Shown here piece after piece: positions 44,479 through 54,569 of a stretch of 64,000 nucleotides of DNA. Every line of letters begins with the position of its first letter. The first letter of the stretch is position 1. Source of the DNA: an uncultured Candidatus Bathyarchaeia archaeon (GTDB lineage Archaea; Thermoproteota; Bathyarchaeia; Bathyarchaeales; DTEX01); the NCBI GenBank assembly GCA_964508155.1, contig CAZDRE010000001.1:197174-261173 (forward strand), written 5' to 3'. The notes beneath the pieces were generated by a model. It worked only from the letters and a program-made list of their open reading frames with translations. It was not told the DNA's origin and made no database searches. The translations under genes were made by a program, and so were the position numbers.

Positions 44479-45503
44479 TCGATACTCTTTAGGCATTCAT
44501 TCAATTCCCTAAGGAACTCCATGAACTTTTCTTTTGGGACCCTCGCCCCGGCTGCCATTGGATGTCCGCCTCCGCTTCCGCCGAGAGGCGGAGTTATCCT
44601 CCTCAATATTCTGTTTAGGTCTATCTTTTGGCTGCTTGCTCTTAGGCTCATATCTATCATGTCCCTTCTCTCCTCCCCAGCCAATCCAACCATTGCGCCC
44701 GTTAATCCCCTAATGTAGGTTGCGGTCTTCCCATGTGAGAAGGGAAAGTTGAGTATGTATGCTATATTCCCGAATAGTTTCGCCCTGTCACGTAGCTCCC
44801 TAATCGCTATCTCCTCCAGATGCGTATTCTGAATTGCTAGCTCCACGAGCATCCTATCGAAGCTCGGAGGGATTTTATTCGCCAAATTATATACTATGCT
44901 ACGTTTAAGATCATAGTTTCTCTTCTGGCCCTCGATCCCCTGAACCAGCAGACCGCTCTCGAAGTATAATGTCCTCTTATCCCATCTCTCCAGTAACCGT
45001 TTGATCAACGGTGTATCATCAAGATAGTCTCCAATAGCGCCCATGATCGCCGTCCGGGCGTGAAGCGGGTCTATCCGGGACTGAAAGAACCTGTAGGTCA
45101 GCTCTGAGGCTGAGGAATCAAGGCTGTGAACGACAACTCCGGGTATCTCATCTTCAGATAGGCCTTCTGGTAGTGGATGATGATCGATGTATATTAGTTC
45201 GCTCGTCTCAGCTATCTTGCAGAATGCCTTTAAGAGCCCGTTCAGATGACTCTCTGAGAGAGCAATATCGCATATTATGATTCTGTCAGCATCTTCAGCC
45301 TCATGTAGATCTCCCTCTAAGCCGTATGGATGCGTGAAGAATACATTGGCATCTGGGTATGCCGCTAAGGCTATGGCTCCAGCACATAAGCCATCAACAT
45401 CGCCGTGAGTGAAGATCCATGAACCCAAAACTTGAACCTCCACTTTAACGCCATAATATAGTAGCGATAGAAGATTAACATTTTTCATTATGGAGTGTCT
45501 CAA
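44475..45503 (-). CDS. DHH-family phosphoesterase (NrnA/RecJ-like)
   Basis: HGDVDGLCAG, IDHHP and GGGHPMAAGA motifs. Confidence 0.8.
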   Translation of the reverse strand: MRHSIMKNVNLLSLLYYGVKVEVQVLGSWIFTHGDVDGLCAGAIALAAYPDANVFFTHPYGLEGDLHEAEDADRIIICDIALSESHLNGLLKAFCKIAETSELIYIDHHPLPEGLSEDEIPGVVVHSLDSSASELTYRFFQSRIDPLHARTAIMGAIGDYLDDTPLIKRLLERWDKRTLYFESGLLVQGIEGQKRNYDLKRSIVYNLANKIPPSFDRMLVELAIQNTHLEEIAIRELRDRAKLFGNIAYILNFPFSHGKTATYIRGLTGAMVGLAGEERRDMIDMSLRASSQKIDLNRILRRITPPLGGSGGGHPMAAGARVPKEKFMEFLRELNECLKSID

Positions 45504-45612
45504 ATGGAATTGGATGCAGCCGCTAACTATTCGGCCCTAAACGATTGAAGAAGAATATTCGCGGCGTTTATTATGCTGTTGGGATAACAGCCACGTTTAA
45601 TCCTCGCCTTGG

Positions 45613-46464
45613 CTACTCCCTGGGAAATAGAGGTTTAAGGTTATCCGCTGATCTGAGTAGCTCCTCTATCTCATCCCTGGAGAGTTCACGGTACCTCTCG
45701 GCGGCGTCTATCACCATCGGGATAAGCCGCGTATCCGCCGGTGTCGTCACAGTCGTCACTCCCTCTGAGAGTGCGAACCAGAGGCAAAGATCTATCTCCC
45801 TCTGAGTATCAAAGGGTTCATACCACGTCTTGTATGGTCGCTTCTCAGTCAGCCATGGCTGCTTAGCGAAGACCTTCATGGCTATGGTTCCGACATCCCT
45901 CTCCTTGGCAAGCCTCAATACCTGTTCATAATCGTTCTCTGGGCATCTATGCCTCTTCAGAACAAAATTCAGCGGGAAGAGAACAGTCTCAAAGTCGAAT
46001 CTACTTAGAGCCTCAATTATTGCTGGAGGTCTGTGACTTGTAATCCCTATATGCCCTATAAGCCCCTCATCCCTAGCCTCAAGCATAGCTTCAAGAGCCC
46101 CGCCAGGCCCAAAGGCCACCTCAATGTCCTCGGGCTTATCTAAGGCGTGAAATTGGTATAGGTCTATGTAGTCTACTCCAAGCCTATCTAGGGAGCGGCG
46201 GAGCTCCTCAGCGACCTCCTCCCTTCTCCTCTTTAGGGTCTTACATGCAAGGAAGATCTCATCCCTATACTCCTTAAGTATCGGTTTAAGCCTAAGCTCA
46301 GCATCCCCATATGAGGGGGCTACATCAAAGTGGTTCACGCCATGCTCAAGAACGAACCTAACGACTCTATCGGCATCCCTCTGAGAAACACCAATAAGAG
46401 CGGCACAACCAAAAGTAACTATACTACTCATGTGCCCCGTCTTACCTAATCTCCTCCTCTCCAT
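45613..46464 (-). CDS. Aldo/keto reductase
   Basis: MERRRLGKTG at the N-terminus, FDVAPSYGD and HIGITSH. A TATA-like aataaataaata lies just upstream of the alternative ATG at 46488, which favours the 46464 start. Confidence 0.85.
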   Translation of the reverse strand: MERRRLGKTGHMSSIVTFGCAALIGVSQRDADRVVRFVLEHGVNHFDVAPSYGDAELRLKPILKEYRDEIFLACKTLKRRREEVAEELRRSLDRLGVDYIDLYQFHALDKPEDIEVAFGPGGALEAMLEARDEGLIGHIGITSHRPPAIIEALSRFDFETVLFPLNFVLKRHRCPENDYEQVLRLAKERDVGTIAMKVFAKQPWLTEKRPYKTWYEPFDTQREIDLCLWFALSEGVTTVTTPADTRLIPMVIDAAERYRELSRDEIEELLRSADNLKPLFPRE

Positions 46465-46632
46465 ACCCGGAAATATAGTAGGGCTCATTATTTATTTATT
46501 CCAGCCTTCGAAGCTGTAAGAAAAATCGCTAAAGGATCAGATATAGCCAAAACGCTAAGACCAATACCAACCAGAAACCCGCCAATAGGGTGTTGATGTC
46601 AGCATCCCAACATGCAGAAAAATCTTTAAAAA

Positions 46633-46718
46633 CCCTCAATCCTCCCTACGAGACCACAATATACTCGCACCAGTTCTTCCACAAGCTTTTAAGGTACTTT
46701 CAATTCTCTTTATGAGAC
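46633..46718 (-). repeat. Two CRISPR-like 22-nt repeats separated by 42 nt (possible relic mini-array)
   Basis: ccctcaatcctccctacgagac (46633-46654) and ctttcaattctctttatgagac (46697-46718) match at 16 of 22 positions, and all 6 differences are C/T. The reverse complement of the second copy ends in ATTGAAAG. Confidence 0.35.
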
Positions 46719-46780
46719 TCCCGAGCTCTTTCCTCGTTTCTTACATACTGAATAGGCCCAATTTATGCTTATTAAATGCT

Positions 46781-46817
46781 CAAGCACATCCGTTTACCAT
46801 AACCTCGGACGTGCTTG
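46781..46817 (-). terminator. Stem-loop (12-bp stem with 1 mismatch, 13-nt loop) 39 nt downstream of the 74-aa gene / cdc48 unit
   Basis: caagcacatccg ... cggacgtgcttg. Its function (terminator, RNA element or leader structure) is not established. Confidence 0.25.
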
Positions 46818-46855
46818 ATCAGCTTGGGAATATTTAAGGATCTCAGAAGTATTTG

Positions 46856-47080
46856 TTATTTTTCTTTTAGTTCAATTAGTCTTTTTCCCCTTGTTAATGA
46901 TGAGACATGGATTAATCCTGATATCTCCATGGCCATTAGGTTCTTGTTTAGGTCGTCCATTCCTATATCCTTATAGAAGACCCTTAGGGTTTCTAGTAGC
47001 TCCGTATCCGTCATTGATCCCTTCTCTCTGAGGATCTCTATTATCGTCAGATAGACAGGATGGACCTTCCAAGTGCTCAT
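46856..47080 (-). CDS. Small winged-helix-like protein (74 aa), function unknown
   Basis: Intact ORF 16 nt downstream of cdc48. It has the helical LTIIEILREKGSMTDTELLETL pattern. Confidence 0.4.
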   Translation of the reverse strand: MSTWKVHPVYLTIIEILREKGSMTDTELLETLRVFYKDIGMDDLNKNLMAMEISGLIHVSSLTRGKRLIELKEK

Positions 47081-47096
47081 TCCGCTTCGTACCCTT

Positions 47097-49277
47097 CTAT
47101 GCTATTAAAGGAGTTGGCTTCTGAGCCTTTCTAGCCTGCTTCATGAAGTTCCTATACCACTTGTCCATATCTGGCGTTATACTCGGCCCGATCTTCTCGA
47201 GTGCCTCCTCGAAATCTGCGAGCGTAACGGTCTTTGAGTTTATGTCCCTTCTCAGCGCTATTAATGCTGCTTCACGACAGACAGACTCTATATCGGCTCC
47301 AGAATATCCCTTAGTTAGGCCTGCGAGCTTCCTTAGATCGACATCCTCATCCAAGGGCATGTTCTTCGTGTGTATCTTGAAGATCTGATATCTGGCTTCC
47401 TCATCGGGCTCTGAAACATAGATCATCCTATCGATCCTGCCCGGCCTGAGGATCGCTGGATCCAATATGTCAGGCCTATTTGTAGCCGCCAATATCACAA
47501 CCTCCTGTAGGGTCTCTATTCCGTCTATTTCGGTTAGGAGCTGACTGATAACCCTCTCGGTCACCCCGCTATCCGCGTATCCTGCTCCTCTCCTCGGAAC
47601 CAACGCGTCGATCTCGTCGAAGAAGATTATCGCTGGGGCAGACATCCTAGCCTTTCTGAAGACCTCCCTGATGGCCCTCTCGGACTCTCCAACCCACTTT
47701 GAGAAGACCTCTGGACCCTTAATTGATATGAAGTTTGCCTCGCTCTCAGTTGCGACTGCCCTTGCAAGAAGAGTCTTACCACAGCCTGGAGGGCCGAAGA
47801 GTAAAACTCCCTTAGGAGGCTTTATTCCCATCCTCTTAAAGACCTCTGGATGCTTAAGAGGCCACTCAACGCATTCCCTAAGCTCCTGCTTAACCTCCTC
47901 TAGATCTCCAATATCACTCCAGTGGACTGTGGGAACCTCAACTGCAACCTCCCTCATTGCCGTGGGAGTTATCTCCCTATATGCATTCAGGAAGTCCTCC
48001 ATCTTGACCTCCATTTTCTCCAAGACGCTGGGTGGGATCCTCTCCTGTTCAAGATCGATCTCGGGCAGATATCTTCTCAGGGCCTTCATGGCCGTTTCGC
48101 GGCATAGAGCGGCCAAGTCGGCCCCTGTATATCCATGGGTTATCTCGGCTAGCTTCTTTAAGTCAACGTCCTTCGCCAGTGGCATTCCCCTCGTATGGAT
48201 CTGCAGGATCTCATATCGACCCTGCTTATCCGGAATTCCAATCTCGATCTCACGGTCGAATCTTCCAGGCCTTCTAAGGGCAGGGTCAAGGGCGTTCGGT
48301 CTGTTAGTGGCTCCTATAACGATCACATTTCCCCTACTCGTCAATCCGTCAAGCAACGCTAAGAGCTGAGCTACAACTCTCCTCTCAACCTCTCCTGTTA
48401 CCTCCTCGCGTTTAGGCGCTATCGCATCCAACTCGTCGATGAAGATTATCGCCGGGGCATTCTTCTCAGCCTGCTGGAAGATCTCACGTAGCCTAGCTTC
48501 AGACTCGCCGTAAAATTTGCTCATTATCTCAGGCCCATTTATCGAGAAGAAGTTCGCATCTGACTCGTTAGCGACTGCCCTTGCAAGAAGAGTCTTACCA
48601 CAGCCTGGAGGGCCGTGTAGGAGAACGCCCTTAGGCGGGTCTATCCCAAGCCTCTGGAAGATCTCGGGATGCCTCATTGGGAGCTCTACCATCTCTCTGA
48701 GTCTCTGTATCTCCTCCTTCAAGCCGCCTATATCCTCATAGGTCGTTCTTGGAACGCCCCTCGCCTCAGGAGCAGGCTCAGAGAGTATCTGAAGCTTCGT
48801 ATCGTATGTTAATCTGACTACGCCCCGAGGCCTAGTCTTCATCACCGTAAACTGAACTGGATGCCCAAGCATCATGACTAGGGTTGTATCTCCCTCAACG
48901 AACGTCCTCTCCATTAGCCTATTCTTAACGAAGTTCGTGAAGTCCTCATCTACATTTAGACGCATATCTATTGGAGCCAATACTATGCTTATCGCATCCC
49001 TAACCTCAGCCCGACGAACAGTTACATACTCATTTATTGAGACGCCAGCATTCTTACGTGTGAAGCCGTCAATCCTAATTATTCCCTTACCCTGATCCTC
49101 CGAGTATGCTGGCCACGCAATCGCAGATGTCCTCTTCTTCCCAATTATCTCAATTACATCCCCAGCTGAGACTTGAAGTCTCTCCATAGTCTGCTGATCT
49201 ATCCTCGCTATTCCTCTGGCTACATCCCTTTGTTTTGCGTCACCTACTCTAAGCTGAACCTCAGTCAATTGTATCAC
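47097..49277 (-). CDS. cdc48: CDC48/VCP-type AAA+ ATPase (two AAA domains)
   Basis: N-domain ([18 protein letters not shown]) and two Walker A sites [15 protein letters not shown]. Size is 726 aa. Confidence 0.95.
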   Translation of the reverse strand: MIQLTEVQLRVGDAKQRDVARGIARIDQQTMERLQVSAGDVIEIIGKKRTSAIAWPAYSEDQGKGIIRIDGFTRKNAGVSINEYVTVRRAEVRDAISIVLAPIDMRLNVDEDFTNFVKNRLMERTFVEGDTTLVMMLGHPVQFTVMKTRPRGVVRLTYDTKLQILSEPAPEARGVPRTTYEDIGGLKEEIQRLREMVELPMRHPEIFQRLGIDPPKGVLLHGPPGCGKTLLARAVANESDANFFSINGPEIMSKFYGESEARLREIFQQAEKNAPAIIFIDELDAIAPKREEVTGEVERRVVAQLLALLDGLTSRGNVIVIGATNRPNALDPALRRPGRFDREIEIGIPDKQGRYEILQIHTRGMPLAKDVDLKKLAEITHGYTGADLAALCRETAMKALRRYLPEIDLEQERIPPSVLEKMEVKMEDFLNAYREITPTAMREVAVEVPTVHWSDIGDLEEVKQELRECVEWPLKHPEVFKRMGIKPPKGVLLFGPPGCGKTLLARAVATESEANFISIKGPEVFSKWVGESERAIREVFRKARMSAPAIIFFDEIDALVPRRGAGYADSGVTERVISQLLTEIDGIETLQEVVILAATNRPDILDPAILRPGRIDRMIYVSEPDEEARYQIFKIHTKNMPLDEDVDLRKLAGLTKGYSGADIESVCREAALIALRRDINSKTVTLADFEEALEKIGPSITPDMDKWYRNFMKQARKAQKPTPLIA

Positions 49278-49347
49278 CGCATATTAATGGCTTATCCGAT
49301 TATCAAACAATGAAAGGAGCAAAAAACTATATAAACGTAGTGAACGG

Positions 49348-49617
49348 CTATAACCGTCTAACTGTTAAGGTTTGTATGTTACTTATCTCCTCAATCCCGT
49401 TTAGGGCTTCTTCAACCTCATCTACTCCTCCAGCCCTATCCTCGGGAACCAAGATGTGGGCTATTATTGCTACCAATCCGAAGGCAACGGGCTCCTCCTC
49501 AAATTTATATACTGATGCATAGTCTGGAAGGGCTTTCTGGATCTTACCTTTTAAGCCTTCCAGGTCGATGTTGATATCTGAAGGAAATATCTTCAATGAG
49601 ATTAGAACCTTAGCCAA
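49348..49617 (-). CDS. Translation elongation factor aEF-1beta
   Basis: KVLISLKIFPSD..EEPVAFGLVAI pattern. The start is set at the TTG at 49617, which is preceded by ggaggaagaggc. The ORF-track GTG at 49647 would add 10 aa. Confidence 0.8.
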   Translation of the reverse strand: MAKVLISLKIFPSDINIDLEGLKGKIQKALPDYASVYKFEEEPVAFGLVAIIAHILVPEDRAGGVDEVEEALNGIEEISNIQTLTVRRL

Positions 49618-49739
49618 GCCTCTTCCTCCATCCGCTTTATGTTGCACTAATGAAGAATTAGGAATATTTTAAGGTTATGTTCATCCAACCAAGATAGTTT
49701 TTAATATGTGGAGAAGAAATAAATCTGGAGGTGACCCAG

Positions 49740-50627
49740 ATGGAGATTAAAGGCGTTATACCTCCGCTAATTACGCCATTTGATAAGAACGGAGAAGTAT
49801 ACGAGGAGGGGTTGAGGAGACTTCTGGACTTTCAGGTGGAAAAGGGCTCTCATGGAGTCTTCCTATGCGGCACTTATGGTTTAGGCCCAATAATGACGAT
49901 TGAGCAGCGTAAAAGGGTATTGGAGATCGCAGTTGATCAGGTTGGGGGTAAGATGGCCATCATAGCGCATGTCGGGGCGACCAGCACAAATGAGGTTATT
50001 GAGCTTGCAAAGCACGCTGAGGATAATGGAGCTGACGCGGTAGCCGCTGTTCCCCCATACTATTACAGGCATGATGATGAAACGGTCGTTGAGCATTATA
50101 GGCAGCTTGTTAACTCCGTGAACTTGCCAGTCTATGCATACAATAATCCGAAGACCTCGGGATTCACGATAACCCCATCAGTGCTGGTTAAATTGGCCGA
50201 TGTTGGAGTTAAGGGCTTGAAGGACAGCGGATTCAACCTGGTCGAGTTCTCCCACTTCGTATTGGAGGTAGGCTCAAGGGACTTCAACTTGATAATAGGA
50301 ACAGAGGCTCTTCTACTTCCGGCTGTCATGTTGGGGGCAAACGGATGCGTCTCAGGACTTGCAAATGCATTCCCAGAGGTCGTGGTTGACCTCTATAATG
50401 CAGCGGTGAACAAGAATTATGATGAGGCCGTAAAGTTGCAGCTTAAGGTCAATGAGGCCAGAAGGATACTTCACATAGCGAAGTCCACGGCCGCTGCATG
50501 CTATGCGATGCTTCAGGAGCGCGGAGTAGAAGTTGGAGTTCCAAGGCGGCCTGTGCTTCCAGTTACAGAGGAAGAAAAGAAGAGAATGAAGGATGAGTTT
50601 GTTAGGTTGGGGTTACTCAGCGAGTAG
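49740..50627 (+). CDS. DapA/KDG(P)-aldolase family class I aldolase
   Basis: GVIPPLITPF, GVFLCGTYG and YNNP motifs. GGAGGTGA lies 7 nt upstream of the ATG at 49740. A KDG-kinase-like gene follows. Confidence 0.7.
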   Translation: MEIKGVIPPLITPFDKNGEVYEEGLRRLLDFQVEKGSHGVFLCGTYGLGPIMTIEQRKRVLEIAVDQVGGKMAIIAHVGATSTNEVIELAKHAEDNGADAVAAVPPYYYRHDDETVVEHYRQLVNSVNLPVYAYNNPKTSGFTITPSVLVKLADVGVKGLKDSGFNLVEFSHFVLEVGSRDFNLIIGTEALLLPAVMLGANGCVSGLANAFPEVVVDLYNAAVNKNYDEAVKLQLKVNEARRILHIAKSTAAACYAMLQERGVEVGVPRRPVLPVTEEEKKRMKDEFVRLGLLSE

Positions 50628-50639
50628 GGTTTAGCGGAT

Positions 50640-51626
50640 ATGCAGGGGAAAGCCAAACTCAACTCAGAGAGAAGAAGGGTGGAGGCCGTAACTATAGGCG
50701 AGACCATGATCATGTTCGCACCTCCACCCTTCCAGCTAATAGAGAACTCAAATACATTCATCGCTATGCTCGGAGGCGCTGAAACTAACGTCTCGATTGG
50801 GCTTGAGAGACTTGGGATGCATTCAGGATGGATCAGCAAGCTAGTCGATAATGCTCTTGGAAGGAAGATCCTAAACGCGATGCGGAGCTACGGCGTGGAC
50901 GTTTCCCGCGTAATCCTAACTGATAAGGGACGTGTCGGATTATTCTTTGTAGAGTTCGGGGCTGATCCAAGACCGTTAAAGACAATTTATGACAGAGCTG
51001 GATCAGCATTCACGACGCTTAGGTCTGAGGAGATCGATTGGGAGTATATCGGCCAAGCTGAGATATTGCATCAAACAGGGATCACGCCTGCGCTGAGTGA
51101 ATGCTGCAGGGAACTCACGATCAAGGCTGCTGAAAAGGCGAGGGAGATGGGAGTTAAGACCTCATTCGACGTTAATTACCGCTCTTTACTTTGGAGCCCG
51201 GATGAGGCGAGGAGGTGCCTAGACAAGATCCTACCTAACATCGATATTCTAATATCGACCTGGAGAGACGCGAATATCCTCTTAAATGATGATCTACCTC
51301 CAGAGGAGGCAGCATTGAGACTTAAGAAGGAGTATGGAAGCGAGGTTGTTGTCATCACGCTTGGAGATAAGGGCAGCATAGCGAGGACAACTAGGATATT
51401 CCGTGGGAGGCCACATCCAGTTAGGGAGGTGAATCCTCTCGGAGCTGGAGATGCATTCGCAGCCGGATTCATATATGGCTATTTAAGGAGAGACGTTCAG
51501 ACGGGATTGGAGTATGGAAGCGCGATGGCCGCGCTTAAGATTACATTACCAGTGAATATTCCGGTTATAGAGAGGCAGGATGTAGAGAGGTTAATTCGCG
51601 GCGAAAAGATAAAGATTAACAGGTAA
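50640..51626 (+). CDS. PfkB-family sugar kinase (2-keto-3-deoxygluconate kinase-like)
   Basis: GGAETNVSIGL near the N-terminus and PLGAGDAFAAGF near the C-terminus. Confidence 0.7.
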   Translation: MQGKAKLNSERRRVEAVTIGETMIMFAPPPFQLIENSNTFIAMLGGAETNVSIGLERLGMHSGWISKLVDNALGRKILNAMRSYGVDVSRVILTDKGRVGLFFVEFGADPRPLKTIYDRAGSAFTTLRSEEIDWEYIGQAEILHQTGITPALSECCRELTIKAAEKAREMGVKTSFDVNYRSLLWSPDEARRCLDKILPNIDILISTWRDANILLNDDLPPEEAALRLKKEYGSEVVVITLGDKGSIARTTRIFRGRPHPVREVNPLGAGDAFAAGFIYGYLRRDVQTGLEYGSAMAALKITLPVNIPVIERQDVERLIRGEKIKINR

Positions 51627-51673
51627 GCACTCACCTGTATTATGTGAGGAATTTTTGAGTTATCAATTTCAAG

Positions 51674-52885
51674 ATGGGAGCAGTATTCTTGAGTTTGGAG
51701 AATCAACAGGTCATAGTTGTTGGGGCAGGGCCTTCTGGGCTTCTCTCAGCGAGGGAAGCCTCCAAGAGCGGAGCGGAAGTTCTAGTCCTAGAGGAGCACC
51801 CTGAGGTGGGGATTCCCTGTCACTGCGCTGGCCTACTAAGCCTAAATGGGCTGGAAAGATTGAAGATTCCAATCGATTATTCTTATGTGCAGAATATGGT
51901 TAGAGGCGCGATCTTCTATTCTCCATCCGGCTTATCCCTAAAGGTAGAGAGGGATAGGCCTGTGGCATGCGTCGTTGATCGATCTCTATTCGATAAATTC
52001 TTAGCCTCTCAGGCAGAGAAGGCCGGAGCCGAGATAAGACTCAACTGTAAAGTTTATGGTATAAGCGTGGATAGGCTTGGGGTCCATGTATGTTCCAAGC
52101 CAGACAGGCTCGTGGCTGAGATCCTTATCGATGCGGAGGGCATACCATCTAGACTAGTTAAGGCCGCTGGTTTAGAGCCTCCAAACGGCGCATGTCTTCT
52201 TCCAGCATTACAGTTTGATCTCAGCGGGGTAAGCGTTGACCCGGAATATGTTGAGGTGCATCTCGGAAGGCAGGTTGCCCCGGGATTCTTTGCATGGCTA
52301 ATCCCTCTCAGCAGTGACTCCGTGAGGGTTGGATTGGGCTGTAAGGGGGCGAATCCGAGAATGCTACTCAACCGCTTCATTCAGAGGCGATTTAAAGATG
52401 GGGAGTACGAGGTTCTTGCTGTTCGCTCTGGAACGATAGTGACTTCAGGTCCGATAAGAAGGACATTCGCGGATCGTCTGCTTATAGTTGGGGATGCCGC
52501 TGGGCAGGTTAAGCCTACAACCGGCGGAGGAGTTATTCTCGGAGGGATCTGCGGAGTGACCGCTGGTAGGGTCGCTGCTGAAGCCGTTAGGCTCGGCAGA
52601 TTCAACAGCGGATTCCTAGCCTCATACGAGAGGATCTGGAGGGGCATGCTTGGCAGGGAATTCAGGTATATGCTCTGGGCTAGAAGGATACTGAATGCAT
52701 TATCCGACAGGATGATCGACAAATTATTCGAGTTCATAAAGAGGGAGGACCTCTGCAGAGTCATATCCGATCTTGGAGACATGGATTTTCAGAGCCGCGT
52801 GCTCTCAGAGCTCATACATCACGGGGGGATATTCAAGATGCTACTGCACCTCTTAGGCTTAAGGGAGCCGCAGATTAATGGATAA
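51674..52885 (+). CDS. Geranylgeranyl reductase family FAD-dependent oxidoreductase
   Basis: [12 protein letters not shown] dinucleotide motif, CHCAG, and [17 protein letters not shown]. Confidence 0.8.
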   Translation: MGAVFLSLENQQVIVVGAGPSGLLSAREASKSGAEVLVLEEHPEVGIPCHCAGLLSLNGLERLKIPIDYSYVQNMVRGAIFYSPSGLSLKVERDRPVACVVDRSLFDKFLASQAEKAGAEIRLNCKVYGISVDRLGVHVCSKPDRLVAEILIDAEGIPSRLVKAAGLEPPNGACLLPALQFDLSGVSVDPEYVEVHLGRQVAPGFFAWLIPLSSDSVRVGLGCKGANPRMLLNRFIQRRFKDGEYEVLAVRSGTIVTSGPIRRTFADRLLIVGDAAGQVKPTTGGGVILGGICGVTAGRVAAEAVRLGRFNSGFLASYERIWRGMLGREFRYMLWARRILNALSDRMIDKLFEFIKREDLCRVISDLGDMDFQSRVLSELIHHGGIFKMLLHLLGLREPQING

Positions 52886-52962
52886 GCATAAATATGCGAC
52901 CCTCACTATTTTCTGGAGATCATCTCCGGGTGAGCGGGTTGAGTGAAGCCAGACGGGTCAGC

Positions 52963-53124
52963 ATGCCGAAATGCACATCATGCAATAGGATAATCCCGCC
53001 CGGAACCGATGCAACGAAGTTTCCATGCCCAAACTGCGGGCAGATAATAATTTGGCGATGCGAAAAATGCAGGCAGTTCGGCAGGCAATATAAATGTCCA
53101 AACTGCGGATTTGAAGGTCCATAA
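52963..53124 (+). CDS. Zinc-ribbon protein (DUF1610-like)
   Basis: MPKCTSCN...CPNCG...CEKC...CPNCG gives four CxxC pairs. The start is set at the internal ATG. Confidence 0.55.
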   Translation: MPKCTSCNRIIPPGTDATKFPCPNCGQIIIWRCEKCRQFGRQYKCPNCGFEGP

Positions 53125-53172
53125 GCTTTTCGCTTTTAGATTATTGCGATCAAATGGAGAAGGAGTATTGGT

Positions 53173-53835
53173 ATGGATTTAATTGGCTTAATAATCACTA
53201 CTATTGCTGTCTCAGTCTCGGGAGTGATGTCGCCGGGTCCCTTAACGGCCTCGGCGGTTATGATTGGGGCTAGGGGATCCGGGAGGGGAGGCCTTATTAT
53301 AGCTCTTGGCCATACAATATTTGAGTTTCCCTACATTCTGGTTATTGCTATGCTTTACTCATCAATCACAGTCTTGCTTAGTAGCGTGATTGTAAACTTC
53401 GCCTTGACCGCCGCTATTTCAGCCTTCATCTTCTTCTTTTCATATCTAACGATAAGGGACGGGATTAGTGTGCTGAGATTGAAGACAGAATTTAAGGGCG
53501 GGAGAGGAGACTATGCATACAATCCATTACTGATAGGATTACTCCTAACGGGGCTCAATCCATACTTCCTGCTCTGGTGGCTCTCCGTTGGGATGCCTCT
53601 GATCAGGATGTCAATGAGCATGGGCCTTCAAGTCCTGCTGATCATGTATGTAGCGCATGTGTGGATGGATTATTTCTGGCTTGCCCTAATGAGCTTAGCC
53701 GGCGAAGGCAGTGTGAGGATACTGAGATCCAGGGGATATGGGGCGCTACTAGTAGCGCTTGGCATAATATTGATACTCTTCGGATTGGATATATGCCTCA
53801 AAACATTCCTGAATCTTAGGCTTCTACCAATATAG
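53173..53835 (+). CDS. LysE/RhtB-type exporter family membrane protein
   Basis: N-terminal SPGPLTA motif and about 6 TM segments. Confidence 0.6.
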   Translation: MDLIGLIITTIAVSVSGVMSPGPLTASAVMIGARGSGRGGLIIALGHTIFEFPYILVIAMLYSSITVLLSSVIVNFALTAAISAFIFFFSYLTIRDGISVLRLKTEFKGGRGDYAYNPLLIGLLLTGLNPYFLLWWLSVGMPLIRMSMSMGLQVLLIMYVAHVWMDYFWLALMSLAGEGSVRILRSRGYGALLVALGIILILFGLDICLKTFLNLRLLPI

Positions 53836-53908
53836 ACTTGAGGATAACTCCTCAGCGTTGAGGCGGAAAATAGATAAGTTGAGAATTAAATTATTCTTTT
53901 GGGGATGA

Positions 53909-54556
53909 TTGATGGGCATTATCGTGAAGTGGCTTGGGCATGCGAGTTTTCAGATAAGAGCTGACGGAAGGAACATTTACATTGATCCCTACGAGGGCGA
54001 GTATGCCGAGAAGGCAGACCTAATACTAGTTACGCATTCACACTATGACCACTTCGACACTTCGAAGATAAAGAGGATAAGCATGGGGGACACAGTGATC
54101 ATCTGCCCGCCTGAATGCGCCTCAAAGATCAGTGGAAACGTGAGAGCCTTAAGGCCGGGCGAGAAGACCGAGGTTAACGGCATAACCGTTGAGGCAGTTC
54201 ACGCATATAATTATAAGCGGTTTAGATCTCCAGGCGTTCCATTCCATCCTAAGGGCTTCGGAAATGGATATGTCATCACGATAGGCGATAAGAGGATCTA
54301 TCATGCCGGCGATACAGACTTCATTCCTGAAATGAGGGAACTGAAGGATATCTCGTTGGCTCTTCTCCCAAGCGGGGGGACATACACGATGGATAATGAG
54401 GAGGCGGCTGAGGCGGCCATAGCGATAAATCCTGAGGTTGCAATTCCAATGCACAGATGGGACACTGACCCAGAGGAGTTCAGGAGGAAGGTTGAGGGAT
54501 CCTCCAATGTGAAGGTAGTTATTCTAGAGCCGAATGAGGAATACGTCTTAGAGTAG
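53909..54556 (+). CDS. Metallo-beta-lactamase fold hydrolase (UPF0173-like)
   Basis: KWLGHASFQI and LVTHSHYDH motifs. Confidence 0.75.
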   Translation: MMGIIVKWLGHASFQIRADGRNIYIDPYEGEYAEKADLILVTHSHYDHFDTSKIKRISMGDTVIICPPECASKISGNVRALRPGEKTEVNGITVEAVHAYNYKRFRSPGVPFHPKGFGNGYVITIGDKRIYHAGDTDFIPEMRELKDISLALLPSGGTYTMDNEEAAEAAIAINPEVAIPMHRWDTDPEEFRRKVEGSSNVKVVILEPNEEYVLE

Positions 54557-54569
54557 GCAGGTCTGAATG

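Noticed and set aside
46599-46718. A 39-codon ORF (MSASQHAEKSLKTLNPPYETT...) spanning both CRISPR-like repeats
   Set aside because: The 64-nt repeat period is not a multiple of 3, so the two copies are read in different frames. The ORF also has no Shine-Dalgarno sequence or promoter context, which makes it unlikely to be coding.
47671-48369. A long 232-aa ORF and several shorter ones (48517-48741 and others) on the plus strand inside cdc48
   Set aside because: They lie antisense to a very well supported AAA+ gene and have S/L/P/R-rich low-complexity composition with no motifs. They are typical shadow ORFs. The same reasoning applies to the other short antisense ORFs in the track within hypF, hypE, hypD, the GH9 gene, the SIS gene and others.
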